From a virus (Duplodnaviria; Caudoviricetes): a stretch of DNA of 54,141 nucleotides. Location: IMG/VR virus record IMGVR_UViG_3300035703_000124, positions 1-54,141 of that record; one strand, 5' to 3'. Of the stretch, positions 36,853 to 47,116 are shown in pieces. The notes beneath the pieces were generated by a model. That model searched no databases, had not been told where the DNA came from, and saw nothing but the letters and a program-made list of their open reading frames with translations. Made by a program: the position numbers and the translations under genes. How positions within the stretch are numbered: the stretch's first letter is position 1; each line of letters begins with the position of its first letter.

Positions 36853-39053
36853 TAGACGAATCAATACTTAAAAGTAATTTTATAGGAAGAGATGGTTTTA
36901 GATGGTGGATTGGACAAATTCCACCAATTGAAGCACAGAAATCACAAGCAAATGGTGGTGGATGGGGAAATAGAACTAAAGTTAGAATCTTAGGTTATCA
37001 TCCTTATAGTTCTGTAGAACTTCCTAATGATGAACTGCCATGGGCACAAGTTCTTATGCCTCCAACATCTGGAAGTGGTGCTGCAAATTATGCAGTAAAT
37101 CCAAAATTAAGACCTGGTGACACGGTACTTGGATTTTTCTTAGATGGTGATAATGCTCAAATACCAGTTATTATTGGTTGTTTTGGTAGAACAGATCAAG
37201 TACCAAGTACAAACTTTAAATCACCTTTTGTTCCATTTACTGGTTATACAAAAAGAATTCCTGCACCAAATGGAACATTATATAAGTCTGAAGCAAGTGA
37301 AGAAAAAAGTAATTCGCAAAAATCTCCAAGAGATGTAACTCCAGAAACTACGAGTAAATTAAATCAAAAAAGTAAAGCAAAAGATGAAGTATTTTATTTT
37401 TCTGGTGTAGGTAAAAAAGTTGTACTTGGTAACTCAAGTAATGATACTGTTGCAAAGGGGATTGGAGCAGAAGTAAATAATTTACTTCAAAAAGTAAATG
37501 ACGTAACAAATAAAGTACAAAACGTAACAACTGAAATTAGTAGATCTGTTGATAAGATTGTTGGTATTGCAAATGGATTTGTTGCACAAGCAGTTAATTC
37601 TTTGTATTTAAAATTAATACCATTACTTCAACAAGGACTTGATGCATTATATAAACAAGTTTACGCTGCAGTTTTTGCTGCAACTCAAAATCATCCTGCA
37701 GCACATTTAGCTGGTGTTGCTGCCCAAACCGCTATGATACCTCCAGTAAAAGCATTGGAGGCATTTATTCCAAAAATAGTCGGCATTGTAGTTAATAATT
37801 TATTTAAAACAGTTAAAAGTATGTTGACAGATACTATTAAAAATGTAAAATATTTTAAAAGTTGTGTTGGTGAACAATTTGTTGGTTCTTTACTAAATGA
37901 AATTATTGGCAAAATTCAAAGTGGAATATCTGGTGTTTTAAACGGTGTAACTAAAATTTTACAATTTGTATCTTTTGGTGTTTCTAGTGTTGGTGATTTT
38001 CTAAGAAGTGGTGTAAGTGCTGTAAGATCAATAGGTGGTTTATTTGATGTTAATCAAAATAAAAATAAATCATCTGGAAATGCAGAAGAATGGACTATTG
38101 GTGTTGGAATTGTTGATGCAGGTGAAGATGCTATAAAATTTGCAACTATTCTTAAAAATATGAATATTGCGAATGGAATTGGAAATATAAAAGATGGTGT
38201 TAAAGATATTAAATCTGGATGGGACATTTTTTCGGAAAAAACAAAAAATAAAAAAAATAAAAGTGCAGTTGGTGGATGTTATACTGAACAACAAACAAAT
38301 TGTTCTGCTCCCAAAGTAAAAGTATTTGGAGGATCAGGAAAAGGTGTTGTTGCTGAAGCTATTCTTGGATCGTTTACGACGGATGCATCTGGTGTTACAA
38401 CTGCAAGTGTTATTGGAATAAAAGTTAAGAAAAAAGGTAAAAAATATAAGTATCCACCGTTCGTAGAAATTGTTGATGATTGTAATCAAGGATATGGTGC
38501 TGTTGCTAGATCTGTAATTGATGAAAATGGTGAGGTAACTAACATTTATATGGTTTCTGAAGGGGAAAATTATCCAGTTGGAAATATTAATGTTAATACT
38601 GCCGAAGATATTGCAGAAACAAATCCTGCACAAATACCAAACTATGTTTCAGATGTTTATGTACAACAATCTGGATTTGGTTATCAATCAACCGATAAAG
38701 GTTTTGATGATTTTGGAAATCAATATTCAATTACTGTTGATGAAGATGGATCAATAGTTAGTGTTAGTATAGATACTCTTATTACAGATACTCTTATTAC
38801 AGATACTGGACAAGATACTGCAACAGAACAATTAATACCAAGTTTAGTATCAGATTTAAGTACAATATCATCTCCATCATTGATAATAAATAACTATATT
38901 ATTGTTGAAGATTTGCCGACGATTACTATAGAATCTGATACTGGTATTGGCGCTATTTTAAATCCAATTTTAGATAAATTACCAATTGAAGTAATCAAAT
39001 CAAATGAATCATCTATAAGAGAAACCAAGTTTGTAAAAGATTGTATTACATAA
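36849..39053 (+). CDS. gp5: Baseplate hub/central spike protein, gp5 N-terminal OB-fold
   Basis: GRDGFRWWIGQI, KVRILGYH, LPWAQV, V.GFFLDG..AQ.PVI.G. Confidence 0.8.
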   Translation: MIDESILKSNFIGRDGFRWWIGQIPPIEAQKSQANGGGWGNRTKVRILGYHPYSSVELPNDELPWAQVLMPPTSGSGAANYAVNPKLRPGDTVLGFFLDGDNAQIPVIIGCFGRTDQVPSTNFKSPFVPFTGYTKRIPAPNGTLYKSEASEEKSNSQKSPRDVTPETTSKLNQKSKAKDEVFYFSGVGKKVVLGNSSNDTVAKGIGAEVNNLLQKVNDVTNKVQNVTTEISRSVDKIVGIANGFVAQAVNSLYLKLIPLLQQGLDALYKQVYAAVFAATQNHPAAHLAGVAAQTAMIPPVKALEAFIPKIVGIVVNNLFKTVKSMLTDTIKNVKYFKSCVGEQFVGSLLNEIIGKIQSGISGVLNGVTKILQFVSFGVSSVGDFLRSGVSAVRSIGGLFDVNQNKNKSSGNAEEWTIGVGIVDAGEDAIKFATILKNMNIANGIGNIKDGVKDIKSGWDIFSEKTKNKKNKSAVGGCYTEQQTNCSAPKVKVFGGSGKGVVAEAILGSFTTDASGVTTASVIGIKVKKKGKKYKYPPFVEIVDDCNQGYGAVARSVIDENGEVTNIYMVSEGENYPVGNINVNTAEDIAETNPAQIPNYVSDVYVQQSGFGYQSTDKGFDDFGNQYSITVDEDGSIVSVSIDTLITDTLITDTGQDTATEQLIPSLVSDLSTISSPSLIINNYIIVEDLPTITIESDTGIGAILNPILDKLPIEVIKSNESSIRETKFVKDCIT

Positions 39054-39054
39054 G

Positions 39055-39795
39055 ATGCCAAGAAAGCAAAATTGGGAAAGAAGAGATATATGTAGTTATG
39101 GCCCTAAGTTTAGGATTGATACAAATAATCCACAAATGGGTGGAAATGGAACTAATGTTTATGCATTATATGCAACCACAGATAATAAAGATATAAATTT
39201 TTCTGGTTTAACAGAATGTGGAACCTATCGTATATGGAATGATAGGTCAATTGAATTTATTGCAGGAAATAAAGACTCTAGTGATGGTGTGGATATTGTA
39301 ATTGCAGGAATGAGTGGTGATGTTACTATCACTGCAATGAGAAATGGTGCAGTAAAAATAAAAGGAAAAAATATTGTTATTGAAGCGGATGAAGATATTG
39401 ATTTAAAGGCAGGAAGAAACATTAATATCAATGGAAAATCTAGAGTATTAATTAAAGGAAATAAATGTGAAGCAGATGGTTTATTGGGAAATTTAGTTCC
39501 TGATAGTTTTGGTGCATTGGCTTTTTCAAAAAGTTTTGTTGGGGCAGATATTATTAGTAGCAGTTTTATGGCAGGATTTCCAAATGTTATTGGAACCGCT
39601 CAAGATATCGCAATTGGTGCTAAAGATGCTCTTTCTGGAGGCCCTGGATCTTTAGTTTCTGGTGCTGCACAGTTTGCAAAATCTACCCTAAAATCAAATC
39701 TTCCAATTGATCAGATTGTAGATTCTACACTTCATGTACTACAATCTTCTCAAGATTTTAGAGAATCTTTAAATTCAGTTATAACGGAAAAGTAA
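39055..39795 (+). CDS. gp5 C-terminal-like spike (beta-helix) protein
   Basis: Repeating I.I.A/G strands (GDVTITA..GAVKIKGKNIVIEA.EDIDLKAG); follows gp5. Confidence 0.5.
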   Translation: MPRKQNWERRDICSYGPKFRIDTNNPQMGGNGTNVYALYATTDNKDINFSGLTECGTYRIWNDRSIEFIAGNKDSSDGVDIVIAGMSGDVTITAMRNGAVKIKGKNIVIEADEDIDLKAGRNININGKSRVLIKGNKCEADGLLGNLVPDSFGALAFSKSFVGADIISSSFMAGFPNVIGTAQDIAIGAKDALSGGPGSLVSGAAQFAKSTLKSNLPIDQIVDSTLHVLQSSQDFRESLNSVITEK

Positions 39796-39796
39796 T

Positions 39797-42700
39797 ATGG
39801 CAGATATTACAGTAACTGGTAACGAATCTTATTTTAACGAAAAAGCAACTTTTTTTAAAGGAATTGTTGTTTACGGTGATGCTGTAGATGGTGATAGTGG
39901 TGAAAAACTTGGAACTGGAAGTGGAACTGGAGGTGGTGATGAAGGTCCACAAGGTGTTCAAGGTTCTTTAAGTAATTTTCAAGGAACTCAAGGTCTTCAA
40001 GGACTTCAGGGTTTAAAAGGTGAAGGAGATCAAGGTACTCAAGGACTCCAAGGTCTTCAAGGTCCTTTAAGTAATTTTCAAGGAACACAAGGACTTCAAG
40101 GTTCTCAAGGTCTTCAGGGAACTCAAGGACTTCAAGGTACTCAAGGACTTCAAGGTCCTTTAAGTAATTTTCAAGGAACACAAGGTGCTCAAGGCACTCA
40201 AGGAACACAAGGTGCTCAAGGTACTCAAGGTGCTCAGGGAACACAAGGCACTCAAGGAACACAAGGTGCTCAAGGTACTCAAGGACTCCAAGGTCTTCAG
40301 GGTTCTTTAAGTAATTTTCAAGGAACACAAGGTGCTCAAGGTACTCAAGGAACACAAGGTGCTCAAGGTACTCAAGGAACACAAGGTGCTCAAGGTACTC
40401 AGGGAAGACAGGGTGCTCAAGGAACACAAGGTGCTCAAGGTTCTTTAAGTAATTTTCAAGGAACACAAGGACTTCAAGGTAATCAAGGACTTCAGGGTAC
40501 TCAAGGTGCTCAAGGTTCTTTAAGTAATTTTCAAGGAACTCAAGGACTCCAAGGTACTCAAGGTGCTCAGGGAACACAAGGTGCTCAGGGACATCAAGGA
40601 CTTCAAGGCACTCAAGGTGATCAAGGAACACAAGGTGCTCAAGGACATCAAGGTCTCCAAGGTTCTCAAGGACTCCAAGGTACTCAAGGTGCTCAAGGTA
40701 CTCAAGGTGCTCAAGGAACACAAGGTCTCCAAGGTTCCCAAGGACTTCAAGGTACTCAAGGTGCTCAAGGTACTCAAGGTGCTCAGGGACATCAAGGTCT
40801 TCAAGGTTCCCAAGGACTTCAAGGTACTCAAGGTGCTCAGGGAACACAAGGTGCTCAGGGAACACAAGGTCTCCAAGGTTCTCAAGGACTCCAAGGTACT
40901 CAAGGTGCTCAGGGAACACAAGGTGCTCAAGGCCATCAAGGTCTTCAAGGTTCTCAAGGACTCCAAGGTACTCAAGGTGCTCAAGGTACTCAAGGAAGAC
41001 AAGGTTCCCAAGGACTTCAAGGTACTCAAGGTGCTCAAGGAACACAAGGTGCTCAAGGTGCTCAAGGCCATCAAGGTCTCCAAGGTTCTCAAGGACTCCA
41101 AGGTACTCAAGGTGCTCAGGGAACACAAGGTGCTCAAGGCACTCAAGGCACTCAAGGACATCAAGGTACTCAAGGCACTCAAGGAACACAAGGACTTCAA
41201 GGTGCTCAGGGAACACAAGGTGATCAAGGTATTCAAGGACTTCAAGGTTCTCAGGGAACACAAGGAAGACAAGGTTCTCAAGGACTCCAAGGTACTCAAG
41301 GTGCTCAAGGCACTCAAGGAAGACAAGGTTCCCAAGGACTTCAAGGTACTCAAGGTGCTCAGGGAACACAAGGTGCTCAGGGAACACAAGGCCTTCAGGG
41401 ACATCAAGGACTTCAAGGCACTCAAGGACTTCAAGGTACTCAAGGTGCTCAAGGCACTCAAGGACTTCAAGGTTCTCAAGGACTCCAAGGTTCTCAAGGA
41501 CTCCAAGGTACTCAAGGTGCTCAAGGAACACAAGGTCTCCAAGGTTCCCAAGGACTCCAAGGTACTCAAGGTACTCAAGGTTCTCAAGGCACTCAAGGTG
41601 CTCAAGGAACCCAAGGTCTTCAAGGTGATCAAGGCACTCAAGGACTTCAAGGTAATCAAGGTCTTCAGGGAACTCAAGGTGCTCAGGGAACACAAGGAAG
41701 ACAAGGTACTCAAGGTCTTCAAGGTTCCCAAGGTCTTCAAGGTTCTCAAGGTGCTCAAGGATTACAGGGATTAAAAGGAACAGATTCAACTATTGCATTA
41801 AGTGATGATAATTTATCAACAGATACTTTTTTTGTTGGATTAAGCACACAAAAAAATAATCAAACTGGAATATCATCGATTAAAGTTTCTTCTGAAAAAT
41901 TAACATTTATACCTTCATCTGGTAGTCTTGGAGTAGGAACTTCTAGACCATATTCAAATACTACATTAACTGTTGTTGGAACTGCAACAGCAACAAATTA
42001 TCTTGGTGATGGTTCTGGATTAGTTGGAATCGTAACTCAATTAGTTTCTGGAATTGGTATTGATTTAGATCCAACAAATGGTAGAGGAAAAGTTACAATA
42101 ACTTCTTATAAACCAATTGGAAAAACAATTTATGTTTCTCAAAATGGTAATGATAGTAATACTGGACTTGCCGAAAATTATCCCAAGAGAACGATTAAAA
42201 ATGCAGCAGGAATTGCAAGTTCTGGTGATACAATCAAAGTTTTTCCTGGTGTTTATGTTGAAGATAATCCAGTAATCTTAGAAAAAACAGTTTCTGTTGA
42301 AGGAACAGAACTTAGAAACTGCATGATTACCCCACAAAATTCTGGATTAGATCTATTCCATGTCAATAATGGATGCCATTTGACAGATTTAAGTTTTGTT
42401 GGTCCAGAATCATCTAATGGTGCAGCAATCATTGCTTTCCAACCATTAGCAGGTGTTTCTTCCGATAGATTTTTTGATGGTGCAAGAATGATTCGAATGA
42501 ATCTTGATTTCATTGCATCAGAAGCAGTCGGTTATATAACAAGTACAGATTATAGAAGTCCAGCATTTGTTATTCCGAATCCAGGCAACCCAACTGAATG
42601 TAAGGATGATATCAAGAGTATTTTAAAATGTGTAATTCATGATATAACTCGTGGTGGAAATTCAAAATGCGTTGGAGCTGGAAAGTCTTACTATAATAAT

Positions 42701-44203
42701 TCAGGTCAACTTCAACATATTGTTGGTGTCACTACTGAAACAATTGATGCTTTAAGATATGCAGTAGGAATTGCACATTCTTGTGTTAATAATGTTTCCT
42801 TTACAAAGACAAGTGGTGGAAATTATCAAAATGTCTTTACACAAGTTAAAGATTTGAGTATGCAACCTGATGGAGCAACAAATTACAGTATTGGAAATTG
42901 CTCAAATGTTCTTTCAGCAGTTGCAAGTTGTGTTGGTGTAGTTACAACGATTATTAAGAATGGGTTGAGTGCTCTTGGTGGTGCAGGAATTAATACAACA
43001 TATCCAGCAGATTATGACGGACAATCAGGAAACAATTGGTCCTCTACAAAAATTGGAGGAACAATATATTCACCTGGAGTTGGAAATATTACTCAAGGAC
43101 CATATGTAAGAAACTGTACTAACTTTATACCCAAGAGTATTGGAATGAAAGTTGATGGGTTTGCCGCAGAACCTGGAGATTTAGATGATTTTGGTGTTAC
43201 TGGATCTATGTCAGTTGATTCTTACACCCAATATAACCAAGGTGGAATTGGAGTTTCTATTACAAATGGTTCATACGCACAATTAGTTTCTATATTTACT
43301 ATTTGTAATGATATTGGACATTGGACTTCTGGTGGAGGTCAATGTGATATTACGAATTCAAATTCTTCTTTTGGAAATAAAGGTTTAGTTTCTAATGGAG
43401 TAGGTGATGCAGAATCAAGATCAATTTATCGCTACACTGGAAATGTTGTAAATGAAGTAACATTTGATGGTGATAATCCAGATACAGTAGTAATTTCTGG
43501 ATTAGGATCTAATCGTCCTTATGACGGACAGGCAATTTATTTTGATAAATTATATTATCAGGTTCAATCTATTGAAGTTACTAATATGGGATCTGGATAT
43601 TCTCAGATAAATCCACCAACTATTGTGTTATCCAATCCAATTGGAGAAAATGGAGTTACTGCAGAAGCATCTGTGAACGTTCTGGAAAATGGTTCAATTG
43701 GATCTATAGATGTTAATAATAATGGTTCACAATATCTAGAAAATCCAGGATATACTATTAATCATAATGGTGGTGTTGGATTAGCATTTACAACGATAAT
43801 GTATCCAATATATTATGGAATAGAGAGTGCTTCATTACCAGTTTCTGGAATTTCTACTGTTATTTTGCAACAAAATCTAAATAATACAATTGGATCGGGA
43901 ACTACGGTATATTTTTCCAGATTAAGTTTACAACTTGCAACAACAATTTCTTTGGAATGGGTTGGAAGTGGAACAAATATTAATACTGCAAAACCGTCTT
44001 TAGGTGGAGTAACTAATCCAGATGCTGAATTTGTAATGTTAGAGGGTGGCAAAATTATATTCACTGGAACAAATCAATCTGGAAACTTTAGAATAGGACC
44101 AGATGTAACTATAAATCAACTCACTGGAACAATTACTGGAAGAGCCTTTAATCAAAGTTTGTTAAATACAGTAACACCTCTAATTATTGCATTAGGAATA
44201 TAA
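39797..44203 (+). CDS. Long collagen-like tail fibre with beta-helix C-terminal region
   Basis: About 600 aa of Gly-X-Gln; then IYVSQNG.D.N.G...PKRTIK.A, GDTI.V.PG.Y.E, GPYVRNCT. Confidence 0.8.
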   Translation: MADITVTGNESYFNEKATFFKGIVVYGDAVDGDSGEKLGTGSGTGGGDEGPQGVQGSLSNFQGTQGLQGLQGLKGEGDQGTQGLQGLQGPLSNFQGTQGLQGSQGLQGTQGLQGTQGLQGPLSNFQGTQGAQGTQGTQGAQGTQGAQGTQGTQGTQGAQGTQGLQGLQGSLSNFQGTQGAQGTQGTQGAQGTQGTQGAQGTQGRQGAQGTQGAQGSLSNFQGTQGLQGNQGLQGTQGAQGSLSNFQGTQGLQGTQGAQGTQGAQGHQGLQGTQGDQGTQGAQGHQGLQGSQGLQGTQGAQGTQGAQGTQGLQGSQGLQGTQGAQGTQGAQGHQGLQGSQGLQGTQGAQGTQGAQGTQGLQGSQGLQGTQGAQGTQGAQGHQGLQGSQGLQGTQGAQGTQGRQGSQGLQGTQGAQGTQGAQGAQGHQGLQGSQGLQGTQGAQGTQGAQGTQGTQGHQGTQGTQGTQGLQGAQGTQGDQGIQGLQGSQGTQGRQGSQGLQGTQGAQGTQGRQGSQGLQGTQGAQGTQGAQGTQGLQGHQGLQGTQGLQGTQGAQGTQGLQGSQGLQGSQGLQGTQGAQGTQGLQGSQGLQGTQGTQGSQGTQGAQGTQGLQGDQGTQGLQGNQGLQGTQGAQGTQGRQGTQGLQGSQGLQGSQGAQGLQGLKGTDSTIALSDDNLSTDTFFVGLSTQKNNQTGISSIKVSSEKLTFIPSSGSLGVGTSRPYSNTTLTVVGTATATNYLGDGSGLVGIVTQLVSGIGIDLDPTNGRGKVTITSYKPIGKTIYVSQNGNDSNTGLAENYPKRTIKNAAGIASSGDTIKVFPGVYVEDNPVILEKTVSVEGTELRNCMITPQNSGLDLFHVNNGCHLTDLSFVGPESSNGAAIIAFQPLAGVSSDRFFDGARMIRMNLDFIASEAVGYITSTDYRSPAFVIPNPGNPTECKDDIKSILKCVIHDITRGGNSKCVGAGKSYYNNSGQLQHIVGVTTETIDALRYAVGIAHSCVNNVSFTKTSGGNYQNVFTQVKDLSMQPDGATNYSIGNCSNVLSAVASCVGVVTTIIKNGLSALGGAGINTTYPADYDGQSGNNWSSTKIGGTIYSPGVGNITQGPYVRNCTNFIPKSIGMKVDGFAAEPGDLDDFGVTGSMSVDSYTQYNQGGIGVSITNGSYAQLVSIFTICNDIGHWTSGGGQCDITNSNSSFGNKGLVSNGVGDAESRSIYRYTGNVVNEVTFDGDNPDTVVISGLGSNRPYDGQAIYFDKLYYQVQSIEVTNMGSGYSQINPPTIVLSNPIGENGVTAEASVNVLENGSIGSIDVNNNGSQYLENPGYTINHNGGVGLAFTTIMYPIYYGIESASLPVSGISTVILQQNLNNTIGSGTTVYFSRLSLQLATTISLEWVGSGTNINTAKPSLGGVTNPDAEFVMLEGGKIIFTGTNQSGNFRIGPDVTINQLTGTITGRAFNQSLLNTVTPLIIALGI
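39946..41778 (+). repeat. 9-bp CAAGGN-NNN repeat array encoding (Gln-Gly-X)n
   Basis: Continuous caaggt/caagga units with occasional SLSNF/PLSNF interruptions. Confidence 0.95.
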
Positions 44204-44204
44204 G

Positions 44205-44552
44205 ATGGCAGTAGTTGCACTTAATAAATTTAGAACAATAAGATATGATGTAACAACGACAAATACAGGAATATATACATGTCCTGCTGGAGTAGCATCA
44301 ATTGTTATTTTATCACAAGTATCAAATATTTCATCTGGCGTTGCATCAATAACTGCTTATCATTCTAGACCTTCGGAATCTCCTAATGATAGAAGTTTAA
44401 GTACACAAGTTCCAATACCACCAAAAGATGGATATAATATAGTGTCTGATGGTAGACTTGTGTTAGAAACTAATGATATATTTAAAGTTCAAGCAAGTCA
44501 AAATAATGCTTTAACATTGGTTTTGAGTGTTTTAGAAACTGCAAAACAGTGA
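44205..44552 (+). CDS. Small putative virion protein
   Basis: 115 aa; IYTCP.G, RLVLE..D, LSVLETA. Confidence 0.6.
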   Translation: MAVVALNKFRTIRYDVTTTNTGIYTCPAGVASIVILSQVSNISSGVASITAYHSRPSESPNDRSLSTQVPIPPKDGYNIVSDGRLVLETNDIFKVQASQNNALTLVLSVLETAKQ

Positions 44553-44561
44553 TTAATTAAA

Positions 44562-46703
44562 ATGGTAAAATATAATTCTGGAAGAGTAAAAAGATTTGAT
44601 CAGACTGGTATAACATCTGATAGATATGAGTTTTTATCCCTAGAACAAGCGGAACCAGATTTAGGAGATCCTAAAGTTGGTATTGCGTCTACTGTTGCAA
44701 ATCCAAAACCAGAAGGAAAAACATATCTTTTAGCTGCAGTTGATGGACATGTTGGAAAAAGATATTGGGTTCCAATAACAAGTGAAGGATCTGGAGAATT
44801 AAACGTTCAAGGCCCTCAAGGTCTTCAAGGACTTCAAGGTGGTGCTGGGCAAAGTGGAGACTCGATTCAAGGTAATCAAGGAACACAAGGTACTCAAGGA
44901 ACACAAGGTGCTCAAGGCACTCAAGGAACACAAGGTACTCAAGGTTTAGGAAATCAAGGCACTCAAGGTCTTCAAGGTACTCAAGGTGCTCAAGGTACTC
45001 AAGGTGCTCAAGGTACTCAAGGTTTAGGAAATCAAGGCACTCAAGGTCTTCAAGGTACTCAAGGTACTCAAGGAACACAGGGTGCTCAAGGTACTCAAGG
45101 AAGACAAGGTTCTCAAGGAAGACAAGGTTCTCAAGGACTTCAAGGCACTCAAGGTGCTCAGGGAACACAAGGTGCTCAAGGAACACAAGGTAATCAAGGT
45201 ACTCAAGGACTTCAAGGTTCTCAAGGACTCCAAGGTACTCAAGGTGCTCAAGGCACTCAAGGACTTCAAGGACATCAAGGTCTCCAAGGTTCCCAAGGAC
45301 TTCAAGGTACTCAAGGTGCTCAGGGAACACAAGGTGATCAAGGTATTCAAGGACTTCAAGGTTCTCAAGGACTTCAAGGCACTCAAGGTGATCAAGGACT
45401 TCAAGGACTTCAAGGACATCAAGGACTTCAAGGTTCTCAAGGACTTCAAGGCACTCAAGGTGCTCAGGGAACACAAGGTGATCAAGGTATTCAAGGACTT
45501 CAAGGACATCAAGGACTTCAAGGTTCTCAAGGACTTCAAGGTACTCAAGGTGCTCAAGGCACTCAAGGACTTCAAGGCCATCAAGGACTTCAAGGACTAA
45601 CTGGAAAAGCTGCTGCTTGGACAAGAAAAACAATATCTAATGATAATGATACATTATCAGATGGTGATCAAATTATTGCAGATACCTCGGGAGGTTCATT
45701 TACCTTAAATTTACCAGCAAATCCATCAAATGGAACGATAATAAGAATTGCAGATGGATATAATTGGTCTTTACTAAATCTAATTATTTCTCGTAATGGA
45801 AGAAAAATTGAAGACCTTGAAGAAAATCTTGAAGTTGATCTTGGACTTACAATTTTAGACTTAATATATGAAGATGATGGATTAAATCCTACCTGGCATG
45901 TTTTTTCTTCATTAGGTCCTCAAGGTATTCAAGGTGCTCAAGGTACTCAAGGACTCCAAGGTACTCAAGGACTCCAAGGTACTCAAGGTGATCAAGGAAC
46001 TCAAGGTTCTCAAGGTACTCAAGGTGATCAAGGAACTCAAGGTTCTCAAGGTTTAGGAAATCAAGGCACTCAAGGTCTTCAAGGTTCTCAAGGACTCCAA
46101 GGTACTCAAGGTGCTCAAGGTACTCAAGGTCGTCAGGGGATTAGTGGATCAAAAGGTGATATTGGACATCAAGGTATTCAAGGCACTCAAGGAAGACAAG
46201 GTACTCAAGGTGCTCAAGGCACTCAAGGTGCTCAAGGAACACAAGGAAGACAAGGCACTCAAGGTCTTCAAGGTGCACAAGGTACTCAAGGTGCTCAAGG
46301 CACTCAAGGAAGACAAGGTACTCAAGGTCTCCAAGGTTCCCAAGGACTTCAAGGCACTCAAGGTGCTCAGGGAACACAAGGTGCTCAAGGCACTCAAGGA
46401 AGACAAGGTTCCCAAGGACTTCAAGGTACTCAAGGTGCTCAGGGAACACAAGGTGCTCAAGGATCTTTAAGTAATTTTCAAGGCACTCAAGGTCTTCAAG
46501 GTACTCAAGGTGCTCAAGGAACACAAGGTGCTCAAGGAACACAAGGTGCTCAAGGTACTCAAGGAAGACAAGGTTCCCAAGGACTTCAAGGTGCTCAAGG
46601 AAGACAAGGTTTAAGTAATCAAGGTAATCAAGGTCTTCAAGGAATTAAGGCAAATACAATTATTGATAGAGAATCTACATTAGAAATTATGCTATTCACA
46701 TAA
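44562..46703 (+). CDS. Collagen-like tail fibre protein
   Basis: Two Gly-X-Gln tracts flanking a globular ADTSGGSFTLNLPANP..G..I.IAD domain. Confidence 0.8.
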   Translation: MVKYNSGRVKRFDQTGITSDRYEFLSLEQAEPDLGDPKVGIASTVANPKPEGKTYLLAAVDGHVGKRYWVPITSEGSGELNVQGPQGLQGLQGGAGQSGDSIQGNQGTQGTQGTQGAQGTQGTQGTQGLGNQGTQGLQGTQGAQGTQGAQGTQGLGNQGTQGLQGTQGTQGTQGAQGTQGRQGSQGRQGSQGLQGTQGAQGTQGAQGTQGNQGTQGLQGSQGLQGTQGAQGTQGLQGHQGLQGSQGLQGTQGAQGTQGDQGIQGLQGSQGLQGTQGDQGLQGLQGHQGLQGSQGLQGTQGAQGTQGDQGIQGLQGHQGLQGSQGLQGTQGAQGTQGLQGHQGLQGLTGKAAAWTRKTISNDNDTLSDGDQIIADTSGGSFTLNLPANPSNGTIIRIADGYNWSLLNLIISRNGRKIEDLEENLEVDLGLTILDLIYEDDGLNPTWHVFSSLGPQGIQGAQGTQGLQGTQGLQGTQGDQGTQGSQGTQGDQGTQGSQGLGNQGTQGLQGSQGLQGTQGAQGTQGRQGISGSKGDIGHQGIQGTQGRQGTQGAQGTQGAQGTQGRQGTQGLQGAQGTQGAQGTQGRQGTQGLQGSQGLQGTQGAQGTQGAQGTQGRQGSQGLQGTQGAQGTQGAQGSLSNFQGTQGLQGTQGAQGTQGAQGTQGAQGTQGRQGSQGLQGAQGRQGLSNQGNQGLQGIKANTIIDRESTLEIMLFT
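44808..46643 (+). repeat. Two (Gln-Gly-X)n 9-bp repeat arrays (about 44808-45597 and 45921-46643)
   Basis: Same repeat units as the 39.9-41.8 kb array. Confidence 0.9.
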
Positions 46704-46726
46704 ATACAAAAAAGTAATTCATAATA

Positions 46727-47113
46727 ATGGTTCTTGCAAGAAAATCTTTAGGATATCCAGTAATAGTTTCTGCAGGCACAACAGTAACTGTTTATCAAGT
46801 TGGGTCTGCAAAAACTGCATTTATTAGAACAATTGCAGTTCATCATGCAAGTTTGGGTTCGGCAACTGCTGCACTATCACAAGTTGTCCAAATATTATAT
46901 GTACCGTCATCGCATGTGGGAGTGGGAACTTCTGGTCATAGAATCGCTAGACTTAATTTAGCACCAGATGATACATTCTTTTTTGAACCTCACTATCCCC
47001 TTACATTAGATACAACTGGAGATAGAATTCAAGTTTTTAATGAAGGTTATTTTCATGGTGGATTATCTGAAAGTCCAGTAAATGTTTTAGTTATGGGTGA
47101 CAGGGAGGAATGA
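46727..47113 (+). CDS. Small putative virion protein
   Basis: 128 aa; YPLTLDTTGD.IQV, VNVLVMGD; TAAATA upstream. Confidence 0.6.
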   Translation: MVLARKSLGYPVIVSAGTTVTVYQVGSAKTAFIRTIAVHHASLGSATAALSQVVQILYVPSSHVGVGTSGHRIARLNLAPDDTFFFEPHYPLTLDTTGDRIQVFNEGYFHGGLSESPVNVLVMGDREE

Positions 47114-47116
47114 TAA

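Noticed and set aside
38771-38806. 15-bp duplication (DTLIT x2) in gp5
   Set aside because: A small in-frame slippage in a linker with no further signal.
39946-41778. CRISPR array
   Set aside because: The repeats are 9-bp in-frame coding units without unique spacers, and there is no cas operon.
39855-46542. Long alternative-frame and antisense ORFs (LEHLEY.., STLSTL.., KVLKVL..)
   Set aside because: These are by-products of the 9-bp collagen repeat lacking stops in other frames; no independent coding signal.
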